Source: Clostridia bacterium (GTDB taxonomy: Bacteria > Bacillota > Clostridia > TANB77 > CAG-508). Taken from it: a DNA stretch of 36,712 nucleotides. Location of the stretch: positions 1-36,712 of the forward strand of contig JAZSCD010000013.1 of the NCBI GenBank assembly GCA_045602745.1, given 5' to 3'. Positions 8,463-20,500 of the stretch are shown here, in pieces (the stretch's first letter is position 1; each line of letters starts with the position of its first letter). The position numbers were made by a program, and so were the translations under genes. The notes beneath the pieces are model-generated. The model did no database searches and was not told the origin of the DNA. It was given only the letters and a program-made list of their open reading frames with translations.

Positions 8463-8615
8463 AAGCAACACTCCTTTTTACTAACTTAAAAGAATTATAT
8501 GCAAATTATGTAAAAAATGCAATAAAAAAGTAAAAAAAACAAGTAACATATTCACAACTAAGCAGTTTTATGGTATAATCATTCAAAACCAAATTAATTA
8601 TACAATAATAAAGAT

Positions 8616-8645
8616 GTAGGGGTGGGCGATTTTAGTCCGCCCGCG
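8616..8645 (+). repeat. Degenerate GTAG-headed REP-like hairpin
   Basis: GTAGGGGTGGGCGAttttagTCCGCCCgcg, with an imperfect stem. Confidence 0.5.
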
Positions 8646-8696
8646 AAAAGTGAATAGTACAAAATTTGTTTGCAAATTTTGTAGGAGGATGTTGAA

Positions 8697-9603
8697 ATGA
8701 TTTTTAAAGATTATTATAAAATATTAGGGTTAGATACAAATAAAGTAAATAGTGAACAAATAAAAATAGCATTTCGTGAACAAGCAAAAAAATATCATCC
8801 AGATGTGAATGGAGGAAATGCTAGAATAGAAGAAAGATTTAAAGATATAAATGAAGCATATGGAGTATTATCAAATTCTTCTACAAAAAGAAAGTATGAT
8901 AGAATGTGGAACTCATATGTAGCTAAAAAACAAGCAAAACAAGATTATCAAGAAAGTAAAAGAGATAAAGACTCAATATTTAGTGATTTTTTTAATATGT
9001 TTTTTGGAACTCCAATTGAAACAAGGCAAGAAACTAATGTAAAAGAAAAAAAGAGAAACCCTATAAAAGGAGAAAATGTAGAAACAGAAATAAATGTTGG
9101 TATAGAAGATGCATATTATGGAACAGAGAAAAAGATTTCTTTAAGAACTGTTAATCGGTAAGATGAAAACATTTTTAGTAAAAATTCCAGAAGGAATAAG
9201 AGATGGTGAAAAAATAAGATTATTAGGTCAAGGAAAACAAGGGCAAAATGGTGGAAAAAACGGGGATATGTTTATAAAAATAAACATACAAAATAATAAC
9301 AAATTTAAATTACAAGGATATGATGTAGTAACTGATTTGTTTTTAACACCATGGGAAGCGGCTTTAGGAAAAAGAGTAAATATAGATTCAATAGATGATA
9401 CAGTTTCTTTATATGTACCACCAGGAATACAAAGTGGAGAAAAAATAAGAATTGCACAAAAAGGTTATAAAGATGGTAGAGGAAGTAGAGGAGATTTAGT
9501 AGCAGAAGTTAAAACAGTTGTGCCTAAAAAATTAACAGAAGATGAAAAAGAATTGTTTGAAAAACTGAAAAGCATATCAACATTTAATCCAAGAAGCAAA
9601 TAA
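8697..9603 (+). pseudogene. CbpA/DnaJ-like J-domain protein split by a +1 frameshift (extra C at 9156)
   Basis: J domain DYYKILGL...AKKYHPDVN lies in 8697..9161. The DnaJ C-terminal beta domain KTFLVKIPEGIRDGEKIRLLGQG lies in the frame of 9163..9603. The 0-frame reads aat-CGG-TAA. Deleting c9156 gives ...SLRTVNGKMKTFLVK... (about 301 aa, typical CbpA length). Confidence 0.8.
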
Positions 9604-9757
9604 ATTAATAGGGGAGATGTTCCACTTACGGGAGAAAAGATACAAATAAATTATAGGGGAAGGACTTGCTCTGCACAAATGAAAAATATTAAAATTTGAA
9701 TGAGACCAACCTAATCCTTACAAACATAAAAATAGTTCACATAATTTAGAAAAAACG

Positions 9758-9786
9758 TTGACATATAAATTAAAAAAAGGTATAAT
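9758..9786 (+). promoter_or_regulatory. Perfect-consensus sigma-A promoter
   Basis: TTGACA (9758-9763), 17-nt spacer, TATAAT (9781-9786). Confidence 0.6.
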
Positions 9787-9851
9787 TATAAATATGATTG
9801 TACGAACGATAAAATGCATTAAAATATGTAGAAATGAGGTGCTTGAAAAGC

Positions 9852-10376
9852 ATGGATGAATTTATGCAAGGGAAACATTTTAGTATAACAGATCCACAAG
9901 GAGTAAATACAGTAATTTATCAAATCAATAAAACAGAAAAAGAAATGGCCAAGGATTCGCCTAAATACACCGTAGAGAGATTAGACTATATAGAAGAGTT
10001 AGTAGGGGAAAAAAAGAAAAAAACTTTCTATGTAAATGAGCCTAAACCTGATGGAAATGATTTAATAATACTTTCTTTTGGAAATGAGAAAGTTGTTGTT
10101 AATACAGGTGTATTAGACGGAGATATGGTAAAAATTTGTAAAAAACCTATACCTATGAACTTTAGAAGTATTTATAGTGAAGATGAGCAACCGGAAGAAG
10201 AAGTAGAATACACACCAAATTTGAAAAGACCAATTTCCATAATTGATCCAGAAACTACAGAAGAAATAAAGCCAATATTATATTTTGATGAAAAAACAAA
10301 TGAAGTAAAAGGAAAATGTAAACTAAAACCATACAAAAGTTATTTTGCATTTGAAATAAGAGAAATTAATAAATAA
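9852..10376 (+). CDS. Hypothetical protein (about 174 aa)
   Basis: Long ORF downstream of the consensus promoter. GAGGTG at 9835-9840 favours ATG 9852 over the track start 9834. I recognise no motif. Confidence 0.5.
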   Translation: MDEFMQGKHFSITDPQGVNTVIYQINKTEKEMAKDSPKYTVERLDYIEELVGEKKKKTFYVNEPKPDGNDLIILSFGNEKVVVNTGVLDGDMVKICKKPIPMNFRSIYSEDEQPEEEVEYTPNLKRPISIIDPETTEEIKPILYFDEKTNEVKGKCKLKPYKSYFAFEIREINK

Positions 10377-10415
10377 TTTAAGAAAATCGTTCATTTAATT
10401 AAAGGAGGATATAAA

Positions 10416-10670
10416 ATGAATACAGCAGGATACGAAATAGGACTAACAATCCCTGTTCAAGTCGGTAAAGGGAAAATGGAAAAAGGAAAAAATCATACAG
10501 AGGTAACTATAGAAGACGCGAAAGAAAGGGATAAAAAATATAATTTTGTAGGGATAAAGCTTTCAAAAACTACAGAAAAAGATTTTACTCATAAAGCAAA
10601 AGTGAAAGCTGAAATGGCTAAAAGGAAAGCCGCAAATAAAAATATCGGAAGTGGTGAAATGACAATTTAA
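10416..10670 (+). CDS. Hypothetical small Lys-rich protein (84 aa)
   Basis: RBS AAAGGAGGA lies 7 nt upstream of the ATG. I recognise no family. Confidence 0.5.
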   Translation: MNTAGYEIGLTIPVQVGKGKMEKGKNHTEVTIEDAKERDKKYNFVGIKLSKTTEKDFTHKAKVKAEMAKRKAANKNIGSGEMTI

Positions 10671-10698
10671 TATAATACAAATGAAAAGGTGAATAATT

Positions 10699-12649
10699 AT
10701 GGGATATAAAATAAAAAACACTTTAAAAAAGAGTAAAATGGCATTTATAATAGGAATAGCAATATGGATAGCATTATCCATATTGCTTTCTGCGCCTATA
10801 ACAGTTAGTAAAATTGAAACAACTGTAGGTGGAAAAATTAATTTAAACGAGTTTATGAACTGTTTCTTTTCAAATATTTTACAAATAAAAGAAAATTTTT
10901 CAAAAGTTTTTACTTCTGAATATATTAGTACTTTTAGAAAAACAGAGGGATATGTAACTATAGGAGTTTTAATATTTTTTGTTATAGGATTTATAAAATC
11001 AATGCCTAAAAATGAGTATACAGATATTGAGCATGGTTCAAGTGATTGGGCAGATGGAGAACAGTATAGTGTATTAAGTAAAAATAAAGGAATACTTCTT
11101 GCAGAGAAACATTACTTACCAGTAGATAAAAGAGGAAATGTTAATGTTTTAGTTGTAGGACGGATCAGGTTCTGGTAAATCTGCATCATATGTTATACCA
11201 AATGCTTATCAATTATTAGGTTCATATGTTTTTACAGATCCAAAAGGAGAATTATACGATAAAACAGCTGGATATTTAAAAAGTAAAGGTTATGATATAA
11301 AAATATTTAACCTAGTTAATCCAAAAAATAGTGATGGATATAATCCATTAATGCATATACAAAGTGAAATAGATGTTGATGTTATAGCAAATACAATAGT
11401 TAAAGGTCAATCAGATGTGCAAAATCAAGCAGATCCTTATTGGGATGATATGGCTGAAATGTTATTAAAAGCATTGATATATTATTTGCTTGCAACTAGA
11501 CCAGAAGAAGAACAAAACTTAGCAAGTTGTGCAGAACTTGTTAGAGCTGCAAATAGCAATGGAGCGGGAAATTTATTAACAGAACTTATGAATCAATTGC
11601 CATATGATCATCCTGCAAGAATGAATTATAAATCTATTGAAATTGCACCAGAGAAAACATATAGTTCTATACTTTCATCACTTCAATCAAAACTTGGTAA
11701 GTTTGATTCAAAAGATATAGCAGAGCTTACATCAACAAATACTATAGATTTTGAGGAAATTGGTAGTAAAAAGACAGCAGTATATGTAATATCATCAGAT
11801 ACACATGCAGCATACGATTTCTTGCTTACAATATTTTTCTCTCAAATGATACAAAGATTATACGATTTTGCAGATTTAAGTGGTGGAGCACTTCCACAGC
11901 CTACATACTTTATATTAGATGAGTTTGCAAATATAGGTAGAATACCAGATTTTGATAAAAAAATATCAACATCAAGAAGTAGAAAAATTTCATTTAGTGT
12001 TATATTACAAAATTTAGACCAGTTAGAGGCAGTATATGAAAAATCTCATGAAACTATAATTGGTAACTGTGATACAACATTATTTTTGGGAAGTAACTCG
12101 CAGAAAACAGTTGAATATTTTTCCAAAGAATTAGGAGAAAAAACAATAAATAGAGATAGTTGGTCTGTAAGTAAAGATAAGCATATGTGGAGACAAGGAT
12201 ATAATAAATCTGACCAAATTATGGCAAGAGCACTTATGACTCCTGATGAATTGAGAAGATTAGATAATGATTTATGTATTATATTTGAAAAAGGTATAAA
12301 ACCAATAAAAGCACCAAAATATTATTATTTTAAATATGATACTGTAAAACTTGTAAATAAGTTTGCTTGTAGCCATAATGAGATAGACCCAATAGATAGA
12401 GGAAAATGGAGAAAATATAATCCATATAATCCATATGTAGAAGAATTAGATGAAAAAGAGAATACTAAAATAGAAACATTAGATGATTTATTTGAGGATG
12501 AAGATATAATAACTAAAAAAGATGATAATGCACCAGAATTGCCACAAGAAGATATAACTAAAGAAGATGATGTTTTAACTTATGATGTACAAAAAGAATT
12601 AGAAGCAAAATTTGATGAATTATTTGGAGCATTAGAAGATGATGAGTAA
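10699..12649 (+). pseudogene. VirD4/TraG-family type IV coupling protein interrupted inside the Walker A motif (extra C at 11161)
   Basis: N-terminal TM helices. The 0-frame reads ...NVLVVG-CGG-atc-agg-ttc-tgg-TAA. The +1 frame from 11162 reads GSGSGKSASYVIPN... and continues through Walker B TYFILDEFANIG to 12649. Deleting c11161 restores NVLVVGGSGSGKS (about 650 aa). Confidence 0.8.
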
Positions 12650-12657
12650 AAATAAAA

Positions 12658-12690
12658 AACAACTTCTTAAAAAAGAGGTTGTTTTTATTT
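12658..12690 (+). terminator. Rho-independent terminator after the coupling-protein gene
   Basis: aacaacttc-ttaaaaaa-gaggttgtt (9-bp stem with one G-U) followed by tttattt. Confidence 0.65.
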
Positions 12691-12733
12691 TAAAAATTTG
12701 AATCTAGCTCTGGTCGATTAAATTATAAATATT

Positions 12734-14545
12734 TTATTCCAGAGGAATTTCAACAAAGAATGAAGTTCCTTTTCCTTTTTGAGTTTCGTATTTTATATTT
12801 CCGCTAAAGTGTGCTCTAATGTTAGAATAAGACATAAATAATCCAAGGCCTGTTCCATTTTTACCTTTTGTTGTAATCATTTCTTTAAACAATTTATCTT
12901 GAACTTTTTGAGGTAATCCACTGGCAAAATCTTCTATTTTAAAGATTATATTATTTCCATCTTTGTATATCGTAAAGTTTATATTCTCATTCGTTTTTCC
13001 TTTAGATTGATAAGCTTGAATAGCATTTGAAATTATATTATTAATTACTTGAACTAAGCTGTTTATATTTCCTTTAACAACAGTAGAGGTATCTATATTA
13101 GCTTTAGTATTTAAATTAGTTAAACTATTCTTTAATTCATGCTTCATTAAAATATCTACATAGTTTATGAGTTCTCTAACTGTAAATTCACTTGCAGTTT
13201 GTTCTGAAAATGCAACTGCTTGTCCTTTTATTGCAGTAATTACATCAGACATATATGATAAATGCGTTTTGGTTTTTTCTATCCATAATTTCATATCATT
13301 TGCAATTTCGTGATGGTCAGCAACGGTTACTTCAGGGTCCTCTATACTAGAATCATATTCTTTAATTAAATCAGATAAACCTTCTGCAGCACCGGCAATT
13401 GACATTATAGGAGTCTTTAAGTTGTGTGCAATTCCACCAATCATTTGTCCAAGAGATGCTAAACGTTCTTTTTCAACAAGCATATCTTGATTATCTCTAA
13501 TTGTTTGCATATCAAGAGTATGCTGTGTTATATCTTTAAAAAGAATAAGGGTTCCTAAGAAATTTCCTTTCGACTCTATGCGAGTTATTTCTATGTGGAA
13601 ATACTTATCTATTTTATTGAAATATTTTTCTAATGTTTTTATATCATCAGCATCTTTAATTAATTTATTAGTAGTCATATTAAAATTGTCATGTTTCTTA
13701 AACAATTCAAACAACTCTTTATTTCTAACATCGTTAGCTGATACTTTAAATGTTTTTAAAAATGTTTCATTAAAATCAATAATAACATTATCTTCATTAA
13801 CAACTACATAAGAATCTGATATTCTATCGACAACTTTTTGAAGTGCAATAGGTGCCACCTTTAAAAAGTCGAATTTAAATATAGCTAAAGTAAAACATAT
13901 TACTGATACAGAAAATGCAATTGGTGTAGCAAAAACTGTCATGGGTATTACTTTTGCAACTCCTCCCAATACATTTACAAATAAAGGAGCAATAAATCCT
14001 AAAATTATTAATAAAGATTGTTTTGAAAAGAATCCAGAGTTTTTAATAGAGAATTTTAACAATCTAATTATACCTATAAATAGTAAAGCATATGAATAAA
14101 TTGTATGAACAAACATATAAGGACCATTAATAGTGTCAGTAAAAGATTGAGAATATTTTACATAGAACAAATGATGAAAGTTATTTGTCCATAATATTAT
14201 TAATGACAATATAGGTATTATAAATAATAATAAATATGATTTTTTAAATTTAATTTTTGTATCTGTAAAAATTAAGCTTGAAAAAAATATTGAAACAGGT
14301 AAAAAACAAGTACCAATATATATAAAATTTTCAAAAATTATAGCATCAATATCAAATAAATTTGATAAAAGCCATTGACTTAGTACACCTATTGATATAA
14401 TTGATGTACATATCATGTTAATTATAAAAATGTTACGCATTTGACTGTTATTTTTATCTTTTCTTTTAAAAAGATAAATACATAAACTCAAACAAAGTAT
14501 AATAGATGCTAATAGTAACCAAAAATCTAAACTCAAAGAAATCAT
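12734..14545 (-). CDS. Sensor histidine kinase with N-terminal 6-7 TM domain (HisKA_7TM-like), PAS-like linker, HisKA and HATPase_c
   Basis: About 230 aa of TM helices. H-box LGQMIGGIAHNLKTPI. N-box NNIISNAIQAY. G-boxes EDFASGLP and GTGLGL. RBS GAGGGG sits in the 12-nt gap after the NRPS stop. Confidence 0.85.
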   Translation of the reverse strand: MISLSLDFWLLLASIILCLSLCIYLFKRKDKNNSQMRNIFIINMICTSIISIGVLSQWLLSNLFDIDAIIFENFIYIGTCFLPVSIFFSSLIFTDTKIKFKKSYLLLFIIPILSLIILWTNNFHHLFYVKYSQSFTDTINGPYMFVHTIYSYALLFIGIIRLLKFSIKNSGFFSKQSLLIILGFIAPLFVNVLGGVAKVIPMTVFATPIAFSVSVICFTLAIFKFDFLKVAPIALQKVVDRISDSYVVVNEDNVIIDFNETFLKTFKVSANDVRNKELFELFKKHDNFNMTTNKLIKDADDIKTLEKYFNKIDKYFHIEITRIESKGNFLGTLILFKDITQHTLDMQTIRDNQDMLVEKERLASLGQMIGGIAHNLKTPIMSIAGAAEGLSDLIKEYDSSIEDPEVTVADHHEIANDMKLWIEKTKTHLSYMSDVITAIKGQAVAFSEQTASEFTVRELINYVDILMKHELKNSLTNLNTKANIDTSTVVKGNINSLVQVINNIISNAIQAYQSKGKTNENINFTIYKDGNNIIFKIEDFASGLPQKVQDKLFKEMITTKGKNGTGLGLFMSYSNIRAHFSGNIKYETQKGKGTSFFVEIPLE

Positions 14546-14557
14546 TTGTATCCCCTC

Positions 14558-17500
14558 TCATATAAAATTTATTTTTCTTAAGTAATCAATATATCTTATT
14601 ATATATTCTTTATCAATTTTTTTCCACTTAAATCCTAATTTATTTAAATATTTTTCTGTAAAATTACAAATTAATCTAACATTAGATGTATATATTAAAT
14701 TTTTATTTTCATCTAAATCATAGATAATACCAGATAATATATCTTTTCTATCGTTATCTGCAAGAATTCCTGTAAGAATATCTTTCATCATTACATCGTT
14801 AACTGCAAGAAGTTCTAAACTTAAATCATTATTTAAAGTATCCATCAATAACTTAATAGGTAATAATTTAGTATTATAAATATGAAAAACATTACATTTA
14901 CTTTTGTGATTTAATATTTTCATAATTGCATCTGTAGCTAAGTCAACTGGAGTAAGCTCTATAGAATGTGGTAGCAAGTATTTAGGAAATGCATTTATTT
15001 CAATAAATGATTTAATACGTTTCGCGAAAGCATTTTCATCAGCATTCATTTGGAATACACCATCTGAATATCTGTTAGTAATATTACCCATTCTTAATAT
15101 TTGTGCATCTAGACCATTTAGAATTGATTCTAAAACTAAAAGTTCAGCTCTAAACTTAGTTGTAGAATATACTCCTTTAATGTCTTGTCCAACATAAATA
15201 TTTGTTTCTCTAAATATTTTCTTTTTATTAATATTTTCGGATGTTTCTACTATAGTTTCCTCTTTTTCACCATTACCAGAAATACTTATTGTTGATATAT
15301 GCAATAATCTCTTTTTAGTTTTTTTACAAAAATCAATTACATTTTGTGTACCATTAACATTAATTTCTTCGAATTTTTTCTTTATACCAAAATGTTTAAC
15401 TAATGCTCCAGAATTAATAACTGCATCAATATTTTCTGACAACATAGTATAATCTTTGCTTGATAAACCAAGATTTTCTTCTACTATATCTCCATGAATT
15501 ACTTTAATTCTGTTTGAAAATTCTTTTTTATATTTGTCTCCAAAATAAAATTTTAAAGTATCTTTTAAACGTTTATCAATATTAATACTATTTTTAGGTC
15601 TTACTAAACAATAAATTGTTCCCTTATTATTTTTCATAAATGCATCTAAAATATGAGCACCTAAATATCCAGTTGCACCTATTAATAAAACATTTTTTAT
15701 TTTTGCTTTTTTAATTGTTTTTAAATTATCAATAGTATTTCTACTTAAAACTTCTTTTAATTTGTTATAATCATAATTTTTAATAAATTCTTCATCACTG
15801 CGGTTTGATTTTTCAGATAATTCTTTTATTGTAGGATGTGTAAATATATCACTATATTCAAAATCTAGACCATATTTAACTGCTTCTATTTGCATACTGA
15901 TAGCAGCAACTGAGTCTCCTCCTATATCAAAGAAATTATCAGTTATAGATATATCTTCTATTTTTAAGATATTCTTCCATATTTGTAATAGCTTTTCTTC
16001 ATTAGAATTTAATTCTTCTATATTTACTTTACTATTTACAACAGGTTTATTAGGCTCTGGCATAGGAAGAGCTTTTCTATCAATTTTTCTGTTAATTGTA
16101 TATGGCATTTGTTTTAGTTTTACAAAATATGTAGGTACCATATATGGTGGAAGAGCTTTTCTAAGAGTATCTCTAATTAAATTCTCTTCCACATTATTAG
16201 CTGCATAGTAGCCACATAAGAATTCGTTACCATCTATTTCGATTTTATTTACTACTGCAGATGTTACGCCTTCTATATTTAGCATTACGTTTTCAATTTC
16301 ACCAAGCTCAATTCTTAAACCTCTTAATTTTATTTGATGATCTATTCTACCTAAGCATTGAACTTTTCCATCAAATGTCCATCTTCCAATATCACCTGAT
16401 TTATACATTTTTCCTTCGCCAAAAGGATTCCTTAGGAATTTTTCAGCTGTAAGTTCAGGTTTTCCGATATATCCTAGACCTACTTGGATTCCAGAAATAT
16501 ATATTTCTCCAACAACACCAACAGGAACTCTTTTCATGTTTTTATCTAAAATATGAATTTGTGTATTCATTATTGGGGGACCTGTTGTAATTTCTGTTTC
16601 TCCATCTAAATTTTGAACATTAGAAAGTATAGTAATTTCACTAGGGCCATAAATATTGTATATTGTTATATCATCTGCGAGTGCCCTTAAATCTTGAACA
16701 AATTTTTCTGGTAATGGCTCTCCACCGAAAACCATGTTTTTAACTCTAGCTAAAGCTGTATCTGGTTCACGATTATCATAATTAATTTTCATTAAGCTAG
16801 GAGTTACAGTCATTACATCAACATTGCATTTTTTAATTAATGCATCTAATAATTTTGGATTTCTATGTTCAGCATTATTAGCCATTGCAATTTTTAGTCC
16901 ATGTGTTAATGATACTATAATTTCATATACAAATATATCAAAAGGTGTAGATGTTACAGAAGCTATACAATGTTTATTTCCTTCTTTTAAGTAATCTAAT
17001 ACTAAAGTCATTGCTTTAACCATATTTGCAAAACCAACATGGTTTAGCATTGTACCTTTAGGTTTTCCTGTAGAACCAGATGTGTATATTAAATATGATA
17101 AATTTTGTTTATCTATTTTTATATTAGGATTGTTAAAGTTTTTACCATAAATTTCATCAATATTTAAATCTATTTCAATACAGTTTTCTATTGATTCTAC
17201 TCTATCTTTTAATTCTTTTTGAGTTAATACATAACGTGTTTTACTATCTTCTAAATAATATTTTGTTCTTTCAATAGGGTAAGTAGGATCAACATTAAAG
17301 AATGCTGCTCCAGCTTTTAAAATTCCCATCATACATACAATAGTTTCAAAAGAACGATTTGTCATTATACAAACAATGTCATTTGATTTAATACCTTTTT
17401 CAATTAAATGATGTGCTAAGCTATTTGCTTTTTTATTTAATTCTTTGTATGTAAGAGTTTTATCTTCACAAATTATAGCTATATCATTAGGATGATTTTT

Positions 17501-20500
17501 TACTTGTTCTTCAAATATTGAAACAACAGTGTCATCATTAATAGGTCCATCTGTATTGTTAAATTTATCAAGTATAGCAATTTCATCTTTAGTTAAGATT
17601 TCTAAATCTTCAACTGTTGTATCAATGTTTTCAAGCATTTGATTTAAGATAAACATATAATGATTTAAGAAACTTTCTATTGTTTCTCTTTTAAATAAGT
17701 CTGAATTGTATTCCAAATTAAATGTACAAATGTCTGGAACTATTTCCATCCAGATATTAAATTTTGATGTTTTTGTGTCAGCAGTAATTAATTCTAATGT
17801 TGCATCATCGATTTTATATTCATCTTTTTTAGTATTTTGATATGTTAAAACTATATCTAATAAAGATGGATTATTATTTAATTTTTTTGCAACCAATTCA
17901 TAAGGATATGGTTGATTTGAAAGACTAGCCGTTACAGTATCTTGAACTGATTTTAATAAATCAGAAATACTGCTATTAATTTCTATATTTTTTCTTAATA
18001 CTATATTGTTTACAAACATTCCGATCACATCAGAAATTTCTTCAAAATTTCTACCTGCAAATGGACTTGCTACTATTAAATCAGTTTGTGAAGTATATTT
18101 GTATAGCACAACATATAACGCAGTAAGGAATAAGGTATATTCTGAAACATTTAGTGATTTTGCTAAATCTTGTAGTTTCTCAAATATTTCCTTTTGCATA
18201 GCATATGATATTTTATCTCCATTATAGCTTTTTGAATTAGTAGCGGGATAATCATATGGCAAATTAAGTACAGGTATATCTGTATTTGAACATACAGATG
18301 ACCAATACTTATCGTATTCTTTTATTTCTTCACTATTTATATAATTGTTTTCCCAAATAGAATAATCAATGTAATTAAAATCTGATTCTTGTAATTCTTC
18401 ATCATTATATAATTTGCAGAAATCTCTCATTAATATATTTAGAGAAACACCATCAACTATAATATGGTGAGAATCTAATAAAATTAATGTTTTTTTGTTA
18501 TCTAATGCACATACAGATACGCGAAGTAGAGGTGCTTTAGATAAATCAAAAGGTCTTGGAAATTCATTAATAATTTTATTTATATCTTTTTCATGACCAT
18601 TAAATACATCTATGTTTATATCTTTTATATCTAAAACTTCTTGTACTAATTCTTCTCCATTTAGTACGAAGCGAGTTCTAAAACTAGAATGTAATTCTAG
18701 TATTTTTGAAAATGCATTTTTGATTTTACCAATATCTAATAATTTATCTACAAGTAATGCTCCAGAAATATTATATACTAAATTATTTTCAGATACTTTT
18801 TTACTAGAATAATATGTTCTTTTTTGAGCAGAAGATAATGGATAATAAATTTGTTTATCTGCTTTTGTAAGTTTAATATTATTAATTATATTTTCACTAT
18901 TAGCAATTAAATCAGACAAATCTTTAATTACAGGATTTTCTAAAACATCCTTAACAAAGAGTTGCACACTAAATTTACTATAAATCATAGTACATAAATT
19001 TATAGCTGTTAAAGAATCTCCTCCTAGTTCAAAGAAAGAGTCATCAATACTTATATTTTCTATTTCTAATAAATCTTTTAATAGATTAATTAGTAGTTCA
19101 TCCATACTATTTCTAGGTAACAAAATTTCTTTTGACCTTGCTTCGAAATTTGGCATTGGTAGTTTTTTTCTATCAATTTTTCCGTTTACATTATATGGCA
19201 TTTGTTCTAGTCTAACTAAATAGTGAGGTATCATATATTGTGGTAGTTTAGCTCTTAAATAATTTCTTAAAGCAGATTCATCTATATCGTTTTTAGATAA
19301 ATAATAAGCAATAATATATGTGTGAGCTAAATCTTTGTGTGTTATAACTATACAATTTGTTATATTTGGGTAAGAGTGCAAAACTGTTTCAATTTCCTCT
19401 AATTCTATTCTAAACCCATTAACTTTTACTTGAAAATCATTTCTTCCTAAAAAGTGAATTTGTCCATTATTATCTATGTATCCTAAATCTCCTGTTAAAT
19501 ACATAGAGCTATCATTGAAGAATGGATCAGTTATAAATTTTTCTTTGTTATAAGTAGGATTATTTATATAACCATTTCCAACACAATCCCCAGATATGGC
19601 AAGTTGTCCTACTATATTGTTAGGAAGTAAATTATTTCTAGCATCTAGTATATATACACGTGAATTAGAAATAGGTTTTCCAATAGGTGGTTCTGCATCT
19701 GAAATTGATGACTCTACAACAAAAGTTGTAGCTACGTGAGTTTCAGCAGGACCATAGTGATTGTGTATTTTTATATTATTAGAAAGAAGAGTTCTAATTC
19801 CGTTTGTAAGAACTAATTTTTCTCCAGCTGTGATTATATTTTTTACATTGTTAATTAATAATTCTACTGCTTTATCATTATCTGCCAAAAGCTTTAAATA
19901 AGCAGGAGGAATAAATAATGTATCTATAGAATGTTTATCAATATATTCTGATAGTGTTTGAATATTTTTTCTGATATCATCTTTAATTAGAACAAGGGCT
20001 AATCCATTTAATAATGCAGAATATATTTCTTGATAACTTACATCAAAACTCATAGTAGCAAATTGTAAGATACTATGTGCATTATCTAATAAACCTGTTT
20101 TATTTTTTTCAAATATTACAAGGTTAATCATATTTTTATGAGTTATAGTTACTCCTTTTGGTTTTCCGGTTGAACCAGAAGTAAATATTATATATAAATT
20201 ACTATTTGGATTAAAATCTTGTTTTATATTAAACTTACTAGAAAAGCTATTATAATTATTTATAGCTATGTTTATTAAAGATATATCACAATTAATATTT
20301 TTTAAAACAGACATATCTTCATTACCCAATATATAGTTGATAGAAGAGCTAGAAATCATATATTCAATTCTATCGATAGGATAAGTAGGGTCTATTGGAA
20401 CATATGTACAATTTAATTTTAGAATGGCTAAAATTCCAATAATAGAATCGAATGAGCGAGATGTAAGAATTCCTACATTAGTTTTAGAATTTATTCCATT

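Larger units (their letters stand above)
9702..12692 (+). mobile_element. Possible remnant of a conjugative/integrative element (promoter, 2 unknown ORFs, T4 coupling protein)
   Basis: Bounded by the 11-bp direct repeat aaaatttgaat (9691-9701 and 12693-12703). It contains only a VirD4/TraG-type gene, with no relaxase, integrase or channel genes in the window. Confidence 0.35.

Noticed and set aside
9150-9165. Classical programmed frameshifting (slippery heptamer or P-site re-pairing) at the four CGG sites.
   Set aside because: The codons preceding the extra C (AAU, GGA, UUA, UCU) cannot re-pair in the +1 frame. No X-XXY-YYZ motif and no common SD-like or structural stimulator is visible. Only a hungry-codon model would remain, and it is reported as a hypothesis rather than a call.
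9617-9649. 10-codon mini-ORF atg ttc cac tta CGG gag aaa aga tac aaa taa in the GC-richer spacer, carrying another in-frame CGG.
   Set aside because: The GGGGAG abuts the ATG with no spacer, the ORF is tiny, and nothing supports translation. It is noted only because of the tta-CGG context shared with the folT site.
878-9851. Track start codons 878 (VanW), 4226 (corA), 8471 (HD-GYP regulator) and 9834 (hypothetical).
   Set aside because: In each case a downstream in-frame ATG (914, 4235, 8462, 9852) has a properly spaced Shine-Dalgarno sequence and the track start has none. This is a judgement call, not proof.
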